From an uncultured Methanoregula sp. (GTDB taxonomy: Archaea; Halobacteriota; Methanomicrobia; Methanomicrobiales; Methanospirillaceae): a stretch of DNA of 64,000 nt. The notes under the pieces are model-generated. The model searched no databases. It saw nothing but the letters and a program-made list of their open reading frames with translations, and was not told the origin of the DNA. Numbering within the stretch: position 1 is the first letter of the stretch; the number at the start of each line of letters is the position of its first letter. A program made the translations under genes and the position numbers. Location: positions 1,488 through 65,487 of the forward strand of contig CAZRAQ010000002.1 in assembly GCA_964598015.1 (NCBI GenBank), written 5' to 3'. This document shows, piece after piece, positions 1 to 8,988 of the stretch.

Positions 1-122
1 ATGACGATTTGAGGATGAAAAAGCCCCCTACTCCGGGATATGATTGCCGAACCGTCCCTGCCGCCATATCAGCCCTTTCGGACAGAACGGCTGAAAGGCA
101 TTCCGGCACCCCCTCGCTCCAC

Positions 123-818
123 TTACCGGGATTTTGTCTGTACTCTTGGTCCGATGATGGTCCATATCCAGTCGGCAAGCTCCCTGATGTTCTTGGTCTG
201 TATGAACACTTCCCCCGGGCCTGTTATCTCCGTCACCAACCCTTCACCGCTCAGGAAAGTCTCTTTCAGCCCGCCAAATTTACGGACGACATAGGAGCAG
301 CTCTCGGAGAACGCGACAAGATGGAAGTTGTCAACGATCAGTTGTTCGCCGGGCTTGAGCACATGCTTATCGATGGCACCAAAGGTATTGATGAAGACCA
401 GGCCATTTCCGGTTGCCCTGATCATGAAGAGTCCCTGCCCAAAGAGTCCCTTCGTAAACCCTTCCCATTTCACATCAAGATCGATACCCTGTTCTGATGC
501 GAGATAGGAGGATTTCTGGAGTATGAAGCCCTTGCCTTCAGAGATGGGGAGCGTGTCGATATCGCCCAGGGGTGCTGCTGAAAAAGCAACTTTTCCCTTG
601 GTCTTGACCGCGGTGAACTCGTTGACAAAGAAACTCTGGCCCCCGATAAGAGAAAGGGAGAGCGATCCCCAGAAACTCTTCTCCCGTTGCGCTGTCTTCA
701 CCTCAATGGCCGGTTCCATGTACGTCATGGAGCCCGATTCTCCGGTTATACTCTCTTCAGGATCAAGGGTGATCACGAGGAGAGAATAGGAGGGCTTGTA
801 TTGTATCTCGTGTTGCAT
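123..818 (-). CDS. AIM24/DUF124 (TIGR00266-type) family protein
   Basis: 231-aa ORF. Its length and sequence pattern (GESGSMTYM, GFTKGLFGQGLFM, repeated beta-strand-like segments) match my recollection of the AIM24/DUF124 family. Confidence 0.75.
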   Translation of the reverse strand: MQHEIQYKPSYSLLVITLDPEESITGESGSMTYMEPAIEVKTAQREKSFWGSLSLSLIGGQSFFVNEFTAVKTKGKVAFSAAPLGDIDTLPISEGKGFILQKSSYLASEQGIDLDVKWEGFTKGLFGQGLFMIRATGNGLVFINTFGAIDKHVLKPGEQLIVDNFHLVAFSESCSYVVRKFGGLKETFLSGEGLVTEITGPGEVFIQTKNIRELADWIWTIIGPRVQTKSR

Positions 819-1118
819 ATTCTACACTCAGGATAGGAATACAATAAAAGCACCGGGTTGGCGGGCGTTGTACATGTGAGGCAAAGGAAGGGTGATGAAA
901 AGAAAACGGCGGAAGAAGCAGGCAGGTCTCCCTGCATCCGAATTATTACACCACCGGCACGGTTGAAATAGAACTTGACCGATATGACAAGAAGTGGGTA
1001 TCGCACGACTTAACTCTCATAGGTACTATAGGTAATTTCCGGGAGGACTCAGCAAGATGGAGGATTTCCACAGATGCGATAAGGGAGTGATGTAAATCTT
1101 TCACATAGTAAAAAAGAA

Positions 1119-1253
1119 GTGAAAGATTGGTGCCTGAACTGTGGGGCAGAGCTGCCATATAACCCAGGGGAATGGCCACCAGGGTTCCCGAGGTTATGCC
1201 CCAAATGTGGCAAAGATCCCGACTACCTAAATAAGAGAATCACGTTCCAGTGA
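1119..1253 (+). CDS. possible 44-aa zinc-ribbon mini-protein (GTG start)
   Basis: Hand-translated; below the ORF-track cutoff. Sequence: VKDWCLNCGAELPYNPGEWPPGFPRLCPKCGKDPDYLNKRITFQ*. It has two CxxC pairs spaced like a zinc ribbon. An in-frame stop lies at 1080-1082, and GTG at 1119 is the first possible start. I see no clear promoter or RBS. Confidence 0.25.
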   Translation: MKDWCLNCGAELPYNPGEWPPGFPRLCPKCGKDPDYLNKRITFQ

Positions 1254-1390
1254 ACCAGAGGCATGATCAATAGAGCCTCATGTAAAGCCCTCATAGATTC
1301 GTTTTATTGGCAAGGTAGCACCCCTCATTTACCAACGTGGAATTATTCCGGCGAGAAGAGATTATAAAAAAATGGTTGTGGCGGTATACA

Positions 1391-2935
1391 TCATTTATCT
1401 TTTCCAGGTGGATTGGGGGCAGATGTAAACTCTGCAGATATTGTATGGTTCGATATAACATTGTTGAAGGTCACAACTACATTCTTCATACCAATCACAT
1501 CCCCGCCGCCAATAGTAATATCATCAATGGTTAATCCAGTGAGCCAAGACTTTTTACTACCTTGTATTTCGAATGTTTTTGATCCTCCAGACAAGACAGT
1601 AATTTCGCCAGAGGGGGTGATATTCCCGTCACCAATTACGGTTGCATTAATAACGTATTGTGATGGTATTGGCGCTTTATTGACTGTTATCCATACCTGT
1701 GCTTCGTTACTATCTGCTATACCATCGTTAGCCTTGTAGGTGAAGGTAATGTTTCCATACCACTCTGGTAATGGGGTGTAGGTAAACGAGCCATCTGCAT
1801 TTAAGAGCAGGTCTCCGTTAATAGGAGAAGATATACAAGATGCTGTTAATGGGTCTCCTTCGGGATCAACATCGTTTGATAATACTCCAAGTGAAGGAAC
1901 AGTTAGAACATCGCCCTGATTCACGTTATATGAATCATCACAAGCGACAGCGGGGTGATTTGATGCCACTCTAACTGCACTCACTGTATTTCCATAATTA
2001 TTCGTCCCACTGAACGAATTACAATCTGTTGAAAGGGATACTGTATCAATAAAATGGTCTGCGATTGCGTTTGGTCCAAAATCCCATGTTAAGGTATATA
2101 CACCACCTTGGTTTATCCAGATACAATGATGAGTCTGACCCCCAAAAGTGGTTTGGCCAGTTCCGTCCTCGTAAAAAGTATAAATATCGGCGCCATCCGT
2201 TCTGTCCCATGTACCAACGATACTGCACGGAGAGCCAATATATAGATTATATAAATTTGATATCTCTAAGACAGTCAATGTTCTATTATAGATCATAACT
2301 TCGTCGATGTCCCCAACAACAAAATTTGTTCCTCCTGCCCACATATGAGCCCCGATTGCTGGAGTTAATCCCACATGCCAATAATTTATGTCTGGTATAG
2401 TGCTCGTACCATCCAGAACACCGTTTAAATATACCTGATAAGTGGTAGTATCCTTGTTTAGTGTAGTTGTTACCATTATCCATTCATCAAGAGGAACATT
2501 TGAACCACCTATTACCACATGCCAATTATTGTCGCCCATCTTTACACCGCTAGCGACATGCCCGTCGCTAGAAAGACCCATTCCTATTTCAGGATCGCCG
2601 GTATTGATGAAGCTTTCAGATGGTATATTTTCTGATAGATTAACGAATGCCACTAAAGTGACTTGTCTTGCTTCTGGATTGGAGGAAAATAAAAAAGGAA
2701 GTGTTACCTTATCGTTTCCGTCGAAGTAAAGAGCTTTACCTGATACCCCATCAGTAACAGTAGCACCGTTAATGGTTCCATCATAGCTGTTAACTGAATT
2801 ATCCGTTGCACTTCCATCATCGAACGAGTAATATGCTACCAAACCATCTTTTTCCGGGATGATAAGAGCTGTTGCCTGACATATCAACAATGTGATTACT
2901 ACCAGGAAAATTAGCAGAACCGATCTTTGTTTCAT
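1391..2935 (-). CDS. secreted multidomain surface protein (LamG/concanavalin-A-like lectin domain, cadherin-like Ig domain, InlB B-repeat-like C-terminal domain)
   Basis: 514-aa ORF with an N-terminal signal-like hydrophobic segment (MKQRSVLLIFLVVITLLICQATA). The stretch LVAYYSFDDGSATDNS...GKALYFDG is typical of LamG_3 domains. NDVDPEGDPLT...NGDLLLNADGSFTYTP...ANDG is typical of bacterial cadherin-like/Big_9 domains. The C-terminal GDGNITPSG...GGSKTFEI...NHTISAEF resembles divergent InlB B-repeat domains. The coding sequence is AT-rich. Confidence 0.85.
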   Translation of the reverse strand: MKQRSVLLIFLVVITLLICQATALIIPEKDGLVAYYSFDDGSATDNSVNSYDGTINGATVTDGVSGKALYFDGNDKVTLPFLFSSNPEARQVTLVAFVNLSENIPSESFINTGDPEIGMGLSSDGHVASGVKMGDNNWHVVIGGSNVPLDEWIMVTTTLNKDTTTYQVYLNGVLDGTSTIPDINYWHVGLTPAIGAHMWAGGTNFVVGDIDEVMIYNRTLTVLEISNLYNLYIGSPCSIVGTWDRTDGADIYTFYEDGTGQTTFGGQTHHCIWINQGGVYTLTWDFGPNAIADHFIDTVSLSTDCNSFSGTNNYGNTVSAVRVASNHPAVACDDSYNVNQGDVLTVPSLGVLSNDVDPEGDPLTASCISSPINGDLLLNADGSFTYTPLPEWYGNITFTYKANDGIADSNEAQVWITVNKAPIPSQYVINATVIGDGNITPSGEITVLSGGSKTFEIQGSKKSWLTGLTIDDITIGGGDVIGMKNVVVTFNNVISNHTISAEFTSAPNPPGKDK

Positions 2936-3408
2936 GTAGGGAGATACTTCACAACAAGCATAAAGATACCCTCTGTGGATTTATCGAAAGACTCTCCTGC
3001 TGTAGGACTCGCACGGCAAGCGCGGATCATTGGAAGAGTTACGGGAACACATTTACAGGAACACATGAAGAGGGATGGATTCCTCTCTGTACAATCAAGA
3101 AAAAAGTTCTCATGTTCTACCAAATACAAAGCATATAATAGCCCGTTAGAATGGTTGTTAGGCACCATTAAGAGGAACATAGTGGATCGGTGAAGAGTCT
3201 CTTTAAACCCCAACAGAACGCGAATATGACCGTCGTCTAATACAGACCACCGAGACCATATGTTTATACCAAATGAATAAACATACTCCCACATCGATGG
3301 GAAGAGCAGGATTTCGGAGTGCTGGTCGGCATCTCTTATTCTTTTCCCTGTTCGGCTGAGCAGGAGGAGAGCAGTCCGTGCCTCCCATCATAAAAGAGGT
3401 CTACTACT

Positions 3409-4125
3409 ATGAAAAGAGGAATTTATTTGATACTTGTTTTGTTCGTGATTGTAACGATCACGGGTGTTGCCCTTGCGGTGAAACCAGAAAATCCGGGAGA
3501 TCAGAGTAATGATCCAATTACTGCATTGTGGAATGCAGTCAACGCACTCCAAGATGCGGTAAATGGGCTTCAGGCAAACGATACTGCACAAGAAACCAAG
3601 ATTGTTGATTTGCAGACTATAATGTCAGCGCTATGGGGAAATGCAACCCAACAACAGACTGCGATAGAAAATGAAGTGGGTGCACGCACAGGAGATATTC
3701 AAGCGTTGTGGACAAATGCATCGGAACAACAGAGTGCAATAGATTATGAAGAAACCGCAAGGGATACAGCAGATCAGGCACTATGGGCAAATGCATCGGA
3801 ACAACAGAGTGCAATGCCGAAGGTCGTCATTGTTAAAGGTTCAGCCCAGCATATGGACATAATTTACCCACCGAAAGGGTTTACTACATCAGATTGTGAC
3901 ATAATTATTCGTCCCGAACATAGTATTACTCTCGAATATGGTGTTGGGGATGTTACTTATATCGCTAGTGGCTTACTTTTTTATGCTGATGAAGAATTTG
4001 GGGAAAGGTGGCGTATTCATGCACGAATTAATTATCATGCTGAAAACGACCAAACACAAACACAGGAATCTGATCGAGATATTAAATATACAGTTATTTG
4101 TCCGTGTACTACTGTGAATGTATAA
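3409..4125 (+). CDS. secreted/anchored tandem-repeat protein (ALW-N-A-S/T-QQ repeats), function unknown
   Basis: 238-aa ORF. The N-terminal hydrophobic segment MKRGIYLILVLFVIVTITGVALA is followed by 25-aa repeats starting with ALW, then a non-repetitive C-terminal domain. Confidence 0.8.
   Translation: MKRGIYLILVLFVIVTITGVALAVKPENPGDQSNDPITALWNAVNALQDAVNGLQANDTAQETKIVDLQTIMSALWGNATQQQTAIENEVGARTGDIQALWTNASEQQSAIDYEETARDTADQALWANASEQQSAMPKVVIVKGSAQHMDIIYPPKGFTTSDCDIIIRPEHSITLEYGVGDVTYIASGLLFYADEEFGERWRIHARINYHAENDQTQTQESDRDIKYTVICPCTTVNV
3523..3816 (+). repeat. in-frame tandem repeats (about 75 nt / 25 aa units) inside CDS 3409..4125
   Basis: Protein units: ALWNAV..., ALWGNATQQQTAIENEVGARTGDIQ, ALWTNASEQQSAIDYEETARDTADQ, ALWANASEQQSAM. 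A 29-nt stretch, caaatgcatcggaacaacagagtgcaat, occurs identically at about 3712-3740 and 3787-3815. Confidence 0.85.
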
Positions 4126-4150
4126 GGACTACCCCGATTTTTTATAACAT

Positions 4151-4537
4151 TTAATGATCTTCCAAATATTTTCCAGTTTTATAAGAAATAATCACACAAA
4201 TGAATGATAATAATGCCATTAAACCCTCTAATACGCTCAACCCATAAGGAGAATCTAGAAGTATGGAAATAATAACTAAGACAGTTCCAATAAACGTATT
4301 GATGGACGATATGTGTAATATATGTGAACTTAATCTTCTAACATCAGCACTCTCATTTAAATTTATGATCAACTTATCGTTTCCGTAGACCTTTTTAGAT
4401 GTACTGCCACAAACTGGACAGTTATCCGATTGATTTGAAATATTAAATTTATACCCGCAATTTAAACATATGTTATGGCTCTCATTCGTAGTCATTGAAC
4501 TAGTATTATCTAAAAAGAAGTTATCTTTTTTTGTCAC
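4151..4537 (-). CDS. zinc-ribbon protein with C-terminal transmembrane segments
   Basis: 128-aa ORF. CLNCGYKF...CPVCGS forms a CxxC...CxxC ribbon. The C-terminal hydrophobic stretches FIGTVLVIISILL and LMALLSFICVIISY suggest two TM helices. Confidence 0.65.
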   Translation of the reverse strand: MTKKDNFFLDNTSSMTTNESHNICLNCGYKFNISNQSDNCPVCGSTSKKVYGNDKLIINLNESADVRRLSSHILHISSINTFIGTVLVIISILLDSPYGLSVLEGLMALLSFICVIISYKTGKYLEDH

Positions 4538-4637
4538 ACTTCCGTTGATTGCTGGGTCCTCCCAGACATCTAATATTTTACCGCTTCATCTTTCTCAAAC
4601 CGTCCAGGAAGGCGTTTAATATGGGTTATCTTCGGCA

Positions 4638-4678
4638 ATTTATTCTATAATATTATAATATATAATATATATTTAATA
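4638..4678. repeat. almost pure A/T low-complexity tract (TA/ATA-rich)
   Basis: atttattctataatattataatatataatatatatttaata, with a single C in about 40 nt. It lies between the start of CDS 4151..4537 and the 3' end of tRNA-Arg. Confidence 0.8.
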
Positions 4679-4726
4679 CGATATACATTGTAGAAATTAC
4701 AAAAAGAGTGTAACCCTATGTCAAAA

Positions 4727-4798
4727 CGCCCCGGCCGGGATTCGAACCCGGGTCGGAAGCTCCGGAGGCTCCCAGGATATCCACTACCCTACCGGGGC
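4727..4798 (-). tRNA. tRNA-Arg (anticodon CCG)
   Basis: The reverse complement folds by hand into a cloverleaf. Acceptor stem is GCCCCGG/CCGGGGC, anticodon stem GGAGC/GCUUC, and anticodon loop CUCCGGA (anticodon CCG). T-arm is CCGGG-UUCGAAU-CCCGG and the discriminator is G. Confidence 0.9.
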
Positions 4799-5004
4799 AG
4801 GTCGAAGGCACGCAAGGGGTGTCTTCCATATCAACAGGTCGTAGGACCGTATAATGATTGTGGAATCAGGCATTCTCAGGCCGGGGAATAGGTCATAGGG
4901 AATCAGTCCGGATTTTTTTTCCACGGTTCATGCTGCATCACTGAGTTATCAGGGAGAGAATCAGGCTTTTTGTAATAGAGAGCTAATGCCGGGATTATGC
5001 TGAA

Positions 5005-6036
5005 TCAGGAGGGCTGCCTGACTTTATAGGTATGCCAGATCTTACAGGCTCCTTCGTGGCTCACCATGCAGGGGCCGACCGGGGTTCTTGGTGTGCACAC
5101 CCTGTCAAAAAGTTTGCAGTCCGAAGGCTGGGCAATTCCCCGAAGCACTTTGTCACAGATGCATGCCGAATGTTTGCTTACCGGTTTGAATTCGATTCCA
5201 AATTTTTTCTGGGCGTCATAGTGCTCGAATTTTTGCCTGATCTTGAGACCTGATGCAGGGATGACCGGAAATCCACGCCATTCCACGTCTGCAGGCTCAA
5301 AAACCTGGTACATCAGATCGATTGCTTTTACGTTCCCTTCACGGCAGACTGCCCGCGGATAAGCATTATCGATACGATGCGTCCCTTCCCTGACCTGCGA
5401 GACGAGCATGAGGAGTCCGAGGAGAATATCTTCCGCTTCAAAGCCAGCCACAACCTGGGGGACCGGAAACTGTTCATATTCATGGTATCCCGAAACCGTG
5501 CAGACATGCCCGGGGAGCATAAAGCCATGAATGTGAGCCTCCCCCTGATCGAGAAGCCACTTCATGGCAGGAGGGACCAGCCGGTGACAGGAGAGAACGC
5601 TGAAGTTGTCAGGTGGCTGGGAGAGGAGGGTTGCTGCAACGGTCGGAGCGGTTGTTTCAAACCCGACGGAAATGAAGACAACCTCCTTGTCAGTCTGGCT
5701 TGCGATCTCCACCGCCTTGTGGACTCCCTGCACCACCCTGACATCACCCCCGGAGGACTCGAGAGACCCGGAACTGCCCGGGACCCTGAGGAGGTCCCCA
5801 TATGTGGCCACAATACACCCCTGATTGACAAGGTCAAGTGCCGCATCAATCTCCCCCTGGGGGGTGATGCAGACGGGGCACCCCGGTCCCATCACTATCT
5901 TCAGGTTTTTTGGCAGCAGGCTTCGCAATCCATGGCGGGCAATTGCGGCCTCATGAGTCCCGCAGATATGCATAAACGAGAGGTCGCGGTCAACCGCTTC
6001 ATGAAGTTTTCCGGCTATTTCTTTTCCGAGGGGCAT
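5005..6036 (-). CDS. hypD: hydrogenase maturation protein HypD
   Basis: 343-aa ORF carrying the HypD hallmarks MHICGTHE, GPGCPVC and FETT. Confidence 0.95.
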   Translation of the reverse strand: MPLGKEIAGKLHEAVDRDLSFMHICGTHEAAIARHGLRSLLPKNLKIVMGPGCPVCITPQGEIDAALDLVNQGCIVATYGDLLRVPGSSGSLESSGGDVRVVQGVHKAVEIASQTDKEVVFISVGFETTAPTVAATLLSQPPDNFSVLSCHRLVPPAMKWLLDQGEAHIHGFMLPGHVCTVSGYHEYEQFPVPQVVAGFEAEDILLGLLMLVSQVREGTHRIDNAYPRAVCREGNVKAIDLMYQVFEPADVEWRGFPVIPASGLKIRQKFEHYDAQKKFGIEFKPVSKHSACICDKVLRGIAQPSDCKLFDRVCTPRTPVGPCMVSHEGACKIWHTYKVRQPS

Positions 6037-6078
6037 TCCAGACTAAATATTTACCATTTTGCGCTGATAAGTATACTC

Positions 6079-7137
6079 ATGATGAGCACTGATGCAGTTC
6101 TGAACGCCAGCCCGGCAATTCCGGGGGAAATATTCGGGATTTCTGGTAACTTCCTGGCCGTCATCATCCTTTTTATCGGGATTCTCTTGGCTGGTGCAAT
6201 GTTCATCATCGTTCGTTGGCTCGGCAAAAAAGCAGACATGACCGAGTCAAGGATTGACGATATCATCATCGCTTCCATCGGCACTCCTGCCGTAGTAGCG
6301 GTCATCGTTATTTCAGTGTACGCATCCCTTCAGGTTGCAACCCTTCCTCCCGGTCTCGAATGGATAGTGGAGAGCAGCTATTTCGATGCGATCTCCATCA
6401 TTATCGGTGCATGGATCGTTTCGGGATTTGTTCATAGCTTCATCAGCATCTACGGAGCTCGTCTGGTAGGCGATGAAGAGAGTGATATTGATGAGAGAAT
6501 GATTGCAATTGCTCTCACTGCCGCAAAATATCTGATCTGGTTCATCGCATTTCTGCTCATCCTCGTCGTCCTTGAAATTGACATCACCGCGTTGATTGCA
6601 GGTGCCGGGATTGTCGGTATTGCCGTTGGCCTGGCAGCAAAGGATTTCCTTTCCAATTTTTTTGGGGGAGCGGTCATCGCAATGGACAAGCCGTTCAAAC
6701 TGTATGACCGGGTAAAAATTGACAATTTCACCGGCGATGTAGTGCAAATTGGATCCCGCAGCACGAGATTGAAGACGCTCGAGAACCAGATTGTGACGAT
6801 CCCGAATTCGAAGATAACAAGCAGTTCTGTGATGAATTATTCAATGCCCAATTCGATGAAGGTCCGGGTGCCTGTCGGCATTGCATATGCGAGCGACATT
6901 CCGAAAGTGAAAAGGATACTCTCTGAAATAGCCCGTGAAATTGCTGAAAATAACCCGTACATCCTCCAGAAGCCGGAACCGGTTGTGTACTTCCTTGAAC
7001 TTGGCGTATCCGGCCTCAATTTTGAAATAGATCTCTGGACCAGTGATGTCACAAAAACTATGGAGATCAAAGATGGGGTAAATATGATGATTGCAAAGAG
7101 ATTTGCTGAAGAGGAGATCGAGATTCTCTCTCCCTAG
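6079..7137 (+). CDS. mechanosensitive ion channel (MscS family)
   Basis: This is the in-frame 3' part of track ORF 5377..7137. Start was chosen at ATG 6079, just after hypD ends. It has N-terminal TM helices and an MscS core: GIVGIAVGLAAKDFLSNFFGG...DRVKIDNFTGDVVQIGSRSTRLKT..NQIVTIPNS. Confidence 0.9.
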   Translation: MMSTDAVLNASPAIPGEIFGISGNFLAVIILFIGILLAGAMFIIVRWLGKKADMTESRIDDIIIASIGTPAVVAVIVISVYASLQVATLPPGLEWIVESSYFDAISIIIGAWIVSGFVHSFISIYGARLVGDEESDIDERMIAIALTAAKYLIWFIAFLLILVVLEIDITALIAGAGIVGIAVGLAAKDFLSNFFGGAVIAMDKPFKLYDRVKIDNFTGDVVQIGSRSTRLKTLENQIVTIPNSKITSSSVMNYSMPNSMKVRVPVGIAYASDIPKVKRILSEIAREIAENNPYILQKPEPVVYFLELGVSGLNFEIDLWTSDVTKTMEIKDGVNMMIAKRFAEEEIEILSP

Positions 7138-7430
7138 ATGGACTTTCACCTGCACCTCGGCACCCCTAGAAGGACATTCCAGCGGCCGTTTTTATGACTG
7201 AATTGGCATATCAGATCCCTATCTCTACTGAGGTATTCCTCACATAAAACAGACGGGAGTTCCCTTTTCATCACCACACGGGGGATTTATCTTTTCGGAA
7301 CTCATCTCTCCTGAAGATAGTATCCCTGTATTGAGCATTGTTGACGTGCGCCTCTCTGGGAACAATGCCCTGTTCCTGTCGTTCAGGTGCAGCACCAGTT
7401 TTATCCTTCCTCCCGGAAAAGATCCAGCAT

Positions 7431-8150
7431 ATGTTCGGGGTATCGTCATTCTGTCTCCATAAAGAGCCGCTCGCCAGTGCTCTCGCACAACTTGCACCCC
7501 TGACCGACCTGGTGGAGATCATGGATGACGGCCCCCATTATATCGAATCGGTTGAGCTGCTGGAGTCCCACTCATTTTGCTATACATTCCACGCCCCTTC
7601 GAGGAGCATCAACATCGCAAGCATCCATGAACCCATACGGCAGGCAAGTGTCAGGGTGATCGGATCCTGTTTCTCTCTTGCAGGGGAAGTGAATGCAGAT
7701 GTGGTGATCCATCCTGGTTATGTTGCATGGGAGGAGGAATCCGAAAAAGCGGTCCGCCAGTTCCACACCTCCCTGAAAGAACTGAAAGCGCTCGCTGATG
7801 AGTCCTCAATCCAATTTTTCATCGAGAACATGGGCAACTGGAACTATTTTCTCCTGAAGGAGCCCTGGGAGATCTCCCACCTCGGCCTGTTCGATCTCGC
7901 ACTCGATGTTGGCCATGCACATCTGAATCATTGCCTTGATGAATTTCTCTGCCTCCCGTTCCGTCATATCCACCTCCATGACAATAACGGGACCGAGGAT
8001 GCGCATAACCCGGTCGGGAGCGGGAATATTGACTTCAATGCGGTCATGAAGGCCGTGCACCGGACAGGAGCTACCCCGATTATCGAAGTAGCAACGCTTG
8101 AAGGAGTGCGCCGCAGCCTTGCATATCTTGGGTGTACGATACCGGGGTAA
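7431..8150 (+). CDS. sugar phosphate isomerase/epimerase (xylose isomerase-like TIM barrel) family protein
   Basis: Pattern FHAP...HPG...ENM...DVGHA...HLHDN is typical of AP-endonuclease-2/xylose-isomerase-like TIM barrels. Start was set at internal ATG 7431 (MFGVSSFCLH). Confidence 0.75.
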   Translation: MFGVSSFCLHKEPLASALAQLAPLTDLVEIMDDGPHYIESVELLESHSFCYTFHAPSRSINIASIHEPIRQASVRVIGSCFSLAGEVNADVVIHPGYVAWEEESEKAVRQFHTSLKELKALADESSIQFFIENMGNWNYFLLKEPWEISHLGLFDLALDVGHAHLNHCLDEFLCLPFRHIHLHDNNGTEDAHNPVGSGNIDFNAVMKAVHRTGATPIIEVATLEGVRRSLAYLGCTIPG

Positions 8151-8273
8151 CGCATGCGTTGCCGGACTGCCCTTTCCGAATTTTCTGCCCGATATCCCGG
8201 TAAACTCTTACATAGGCCGTATCTCTTCCGCAATCTTTTAAAAGGTTCAGTCCAAAGGTTATTGGTGCATTAT

Positions 8274-8346
8274 GCCTCAGTGGCTCAGCCGGTAGAGCGT
8301 GTCCTTGGTAAGGACAAGGTCGAGGGTTCAAATCCCTCCTGAGGCT
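8274..8346 (+). tRNA. tRNA-Thr (anticodon GGU)
   Basis: Hand fold: acceptor stem GCCUCAG/CUGAGGC, anticodon stem UGUCC/GGACA, loop UUGGUAA (anticodon GGU), T-arm GAGGG-UUCAAAU-CCCUC. Confidence 0.9.
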
Positions 8347-8524
8347 CTCAATTCCAATCTTTTTTCCAGATTATAATTCTCTGATACGATTAAATTGGCA
8401 ATACTGTTTCTGCGGATTGAACATGAGAAGTTTCCGCACGCTGCACTGATTGTATGAGTGTTTTCATCACACCAATGCATGCACGATGGTGCCGTGAATA
8501 ACCGGACGAGAGATACCGGGAGTA

Positions 8525-8788
8525 TCAATCCCGCGTTATCTCTCCGCCCGAACTCCGTATAGTCGCTTCGATTGTATCCTGAAGACTCCTGTCAGCCTGG
8601 GCATGATCAACGGTCGGAAAAACACCGACAAGGGGGAGGGGTTTGAATATCGCACGGGGAGGCTTACCCTCTTTTTCCGGCACCTGCCCCGGCTCTATGA
8701 CCCGGGTTGTCCCATCATCCCAGATAGCCAGATTCCCGTATCCCTGCGCATCCCAAATCTTCCTGATGATCTCTTTTGTGTGAAGCAT
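8525..8788 (-). CDS. hypothetical small protein
   Basis: 87-aa ORF in an otherwise unassigned interval. I recognise no family. Confidence 0.45.
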   Translation of the reverse strand: MLHTKEIIRKIWDAQGYGNLAIWDDGTTRVIEPGQVPEKEGKPPRAIFKPLPLVGVFPTVDHAQADRSLQDTIEATIRSSGGEITRD

Positions 8789-8988
8789 ACTCTCGTCCTC
8801 TCACAAGCATTGCCAGCCAGGGCAATTAAGGTGATGGTAGCGGGATGCTGACGGGGATACAATCATCCAGAATGAAACGCACATGAGACTCCTTCGTCAC
8901 ATCTCCCCCAAATGAAAATCGCGAATGCGATTCTCATGCCAAAAAGAAGTCTTGTCGATCCCTCTCTTCCCAATCACGGAAATGACCA

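Noticed and set aside
2927-3294. Track ORFs 2927..3193 (+) and 2932..3294 (-) in the divergent spacer between the LamG gene and the repeat-protein gene
   Set aside because: They overlap each other on opposite strands and have no motifs. They sit where the two divergent promoters must be. The 9-bp palindrome TATGTTTAT-n9-ATAAACATA (3259-3285) fits a regulatory region better than coding sequence.
820-4726. Calling the AT-rich segment an integrated mobile element or prophage remnant
   Set aside because: No integrase, transposase, phage or plasmid genes are recognisable, and no att-like direct repeat of the tRNA-Arg 3' end is visible. It is reported only as a compositionally atypical accessory segment.
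5377-7137. 586-aa track ORF on the + strand
   Set aside because: It is chimeric. The first 234 or so codons run antisense through hypD (5005..6036) and have implausible Arg/Gly/Pro-rich composition. Only the part from ATG 6079 onward looks like a real MscS protein.
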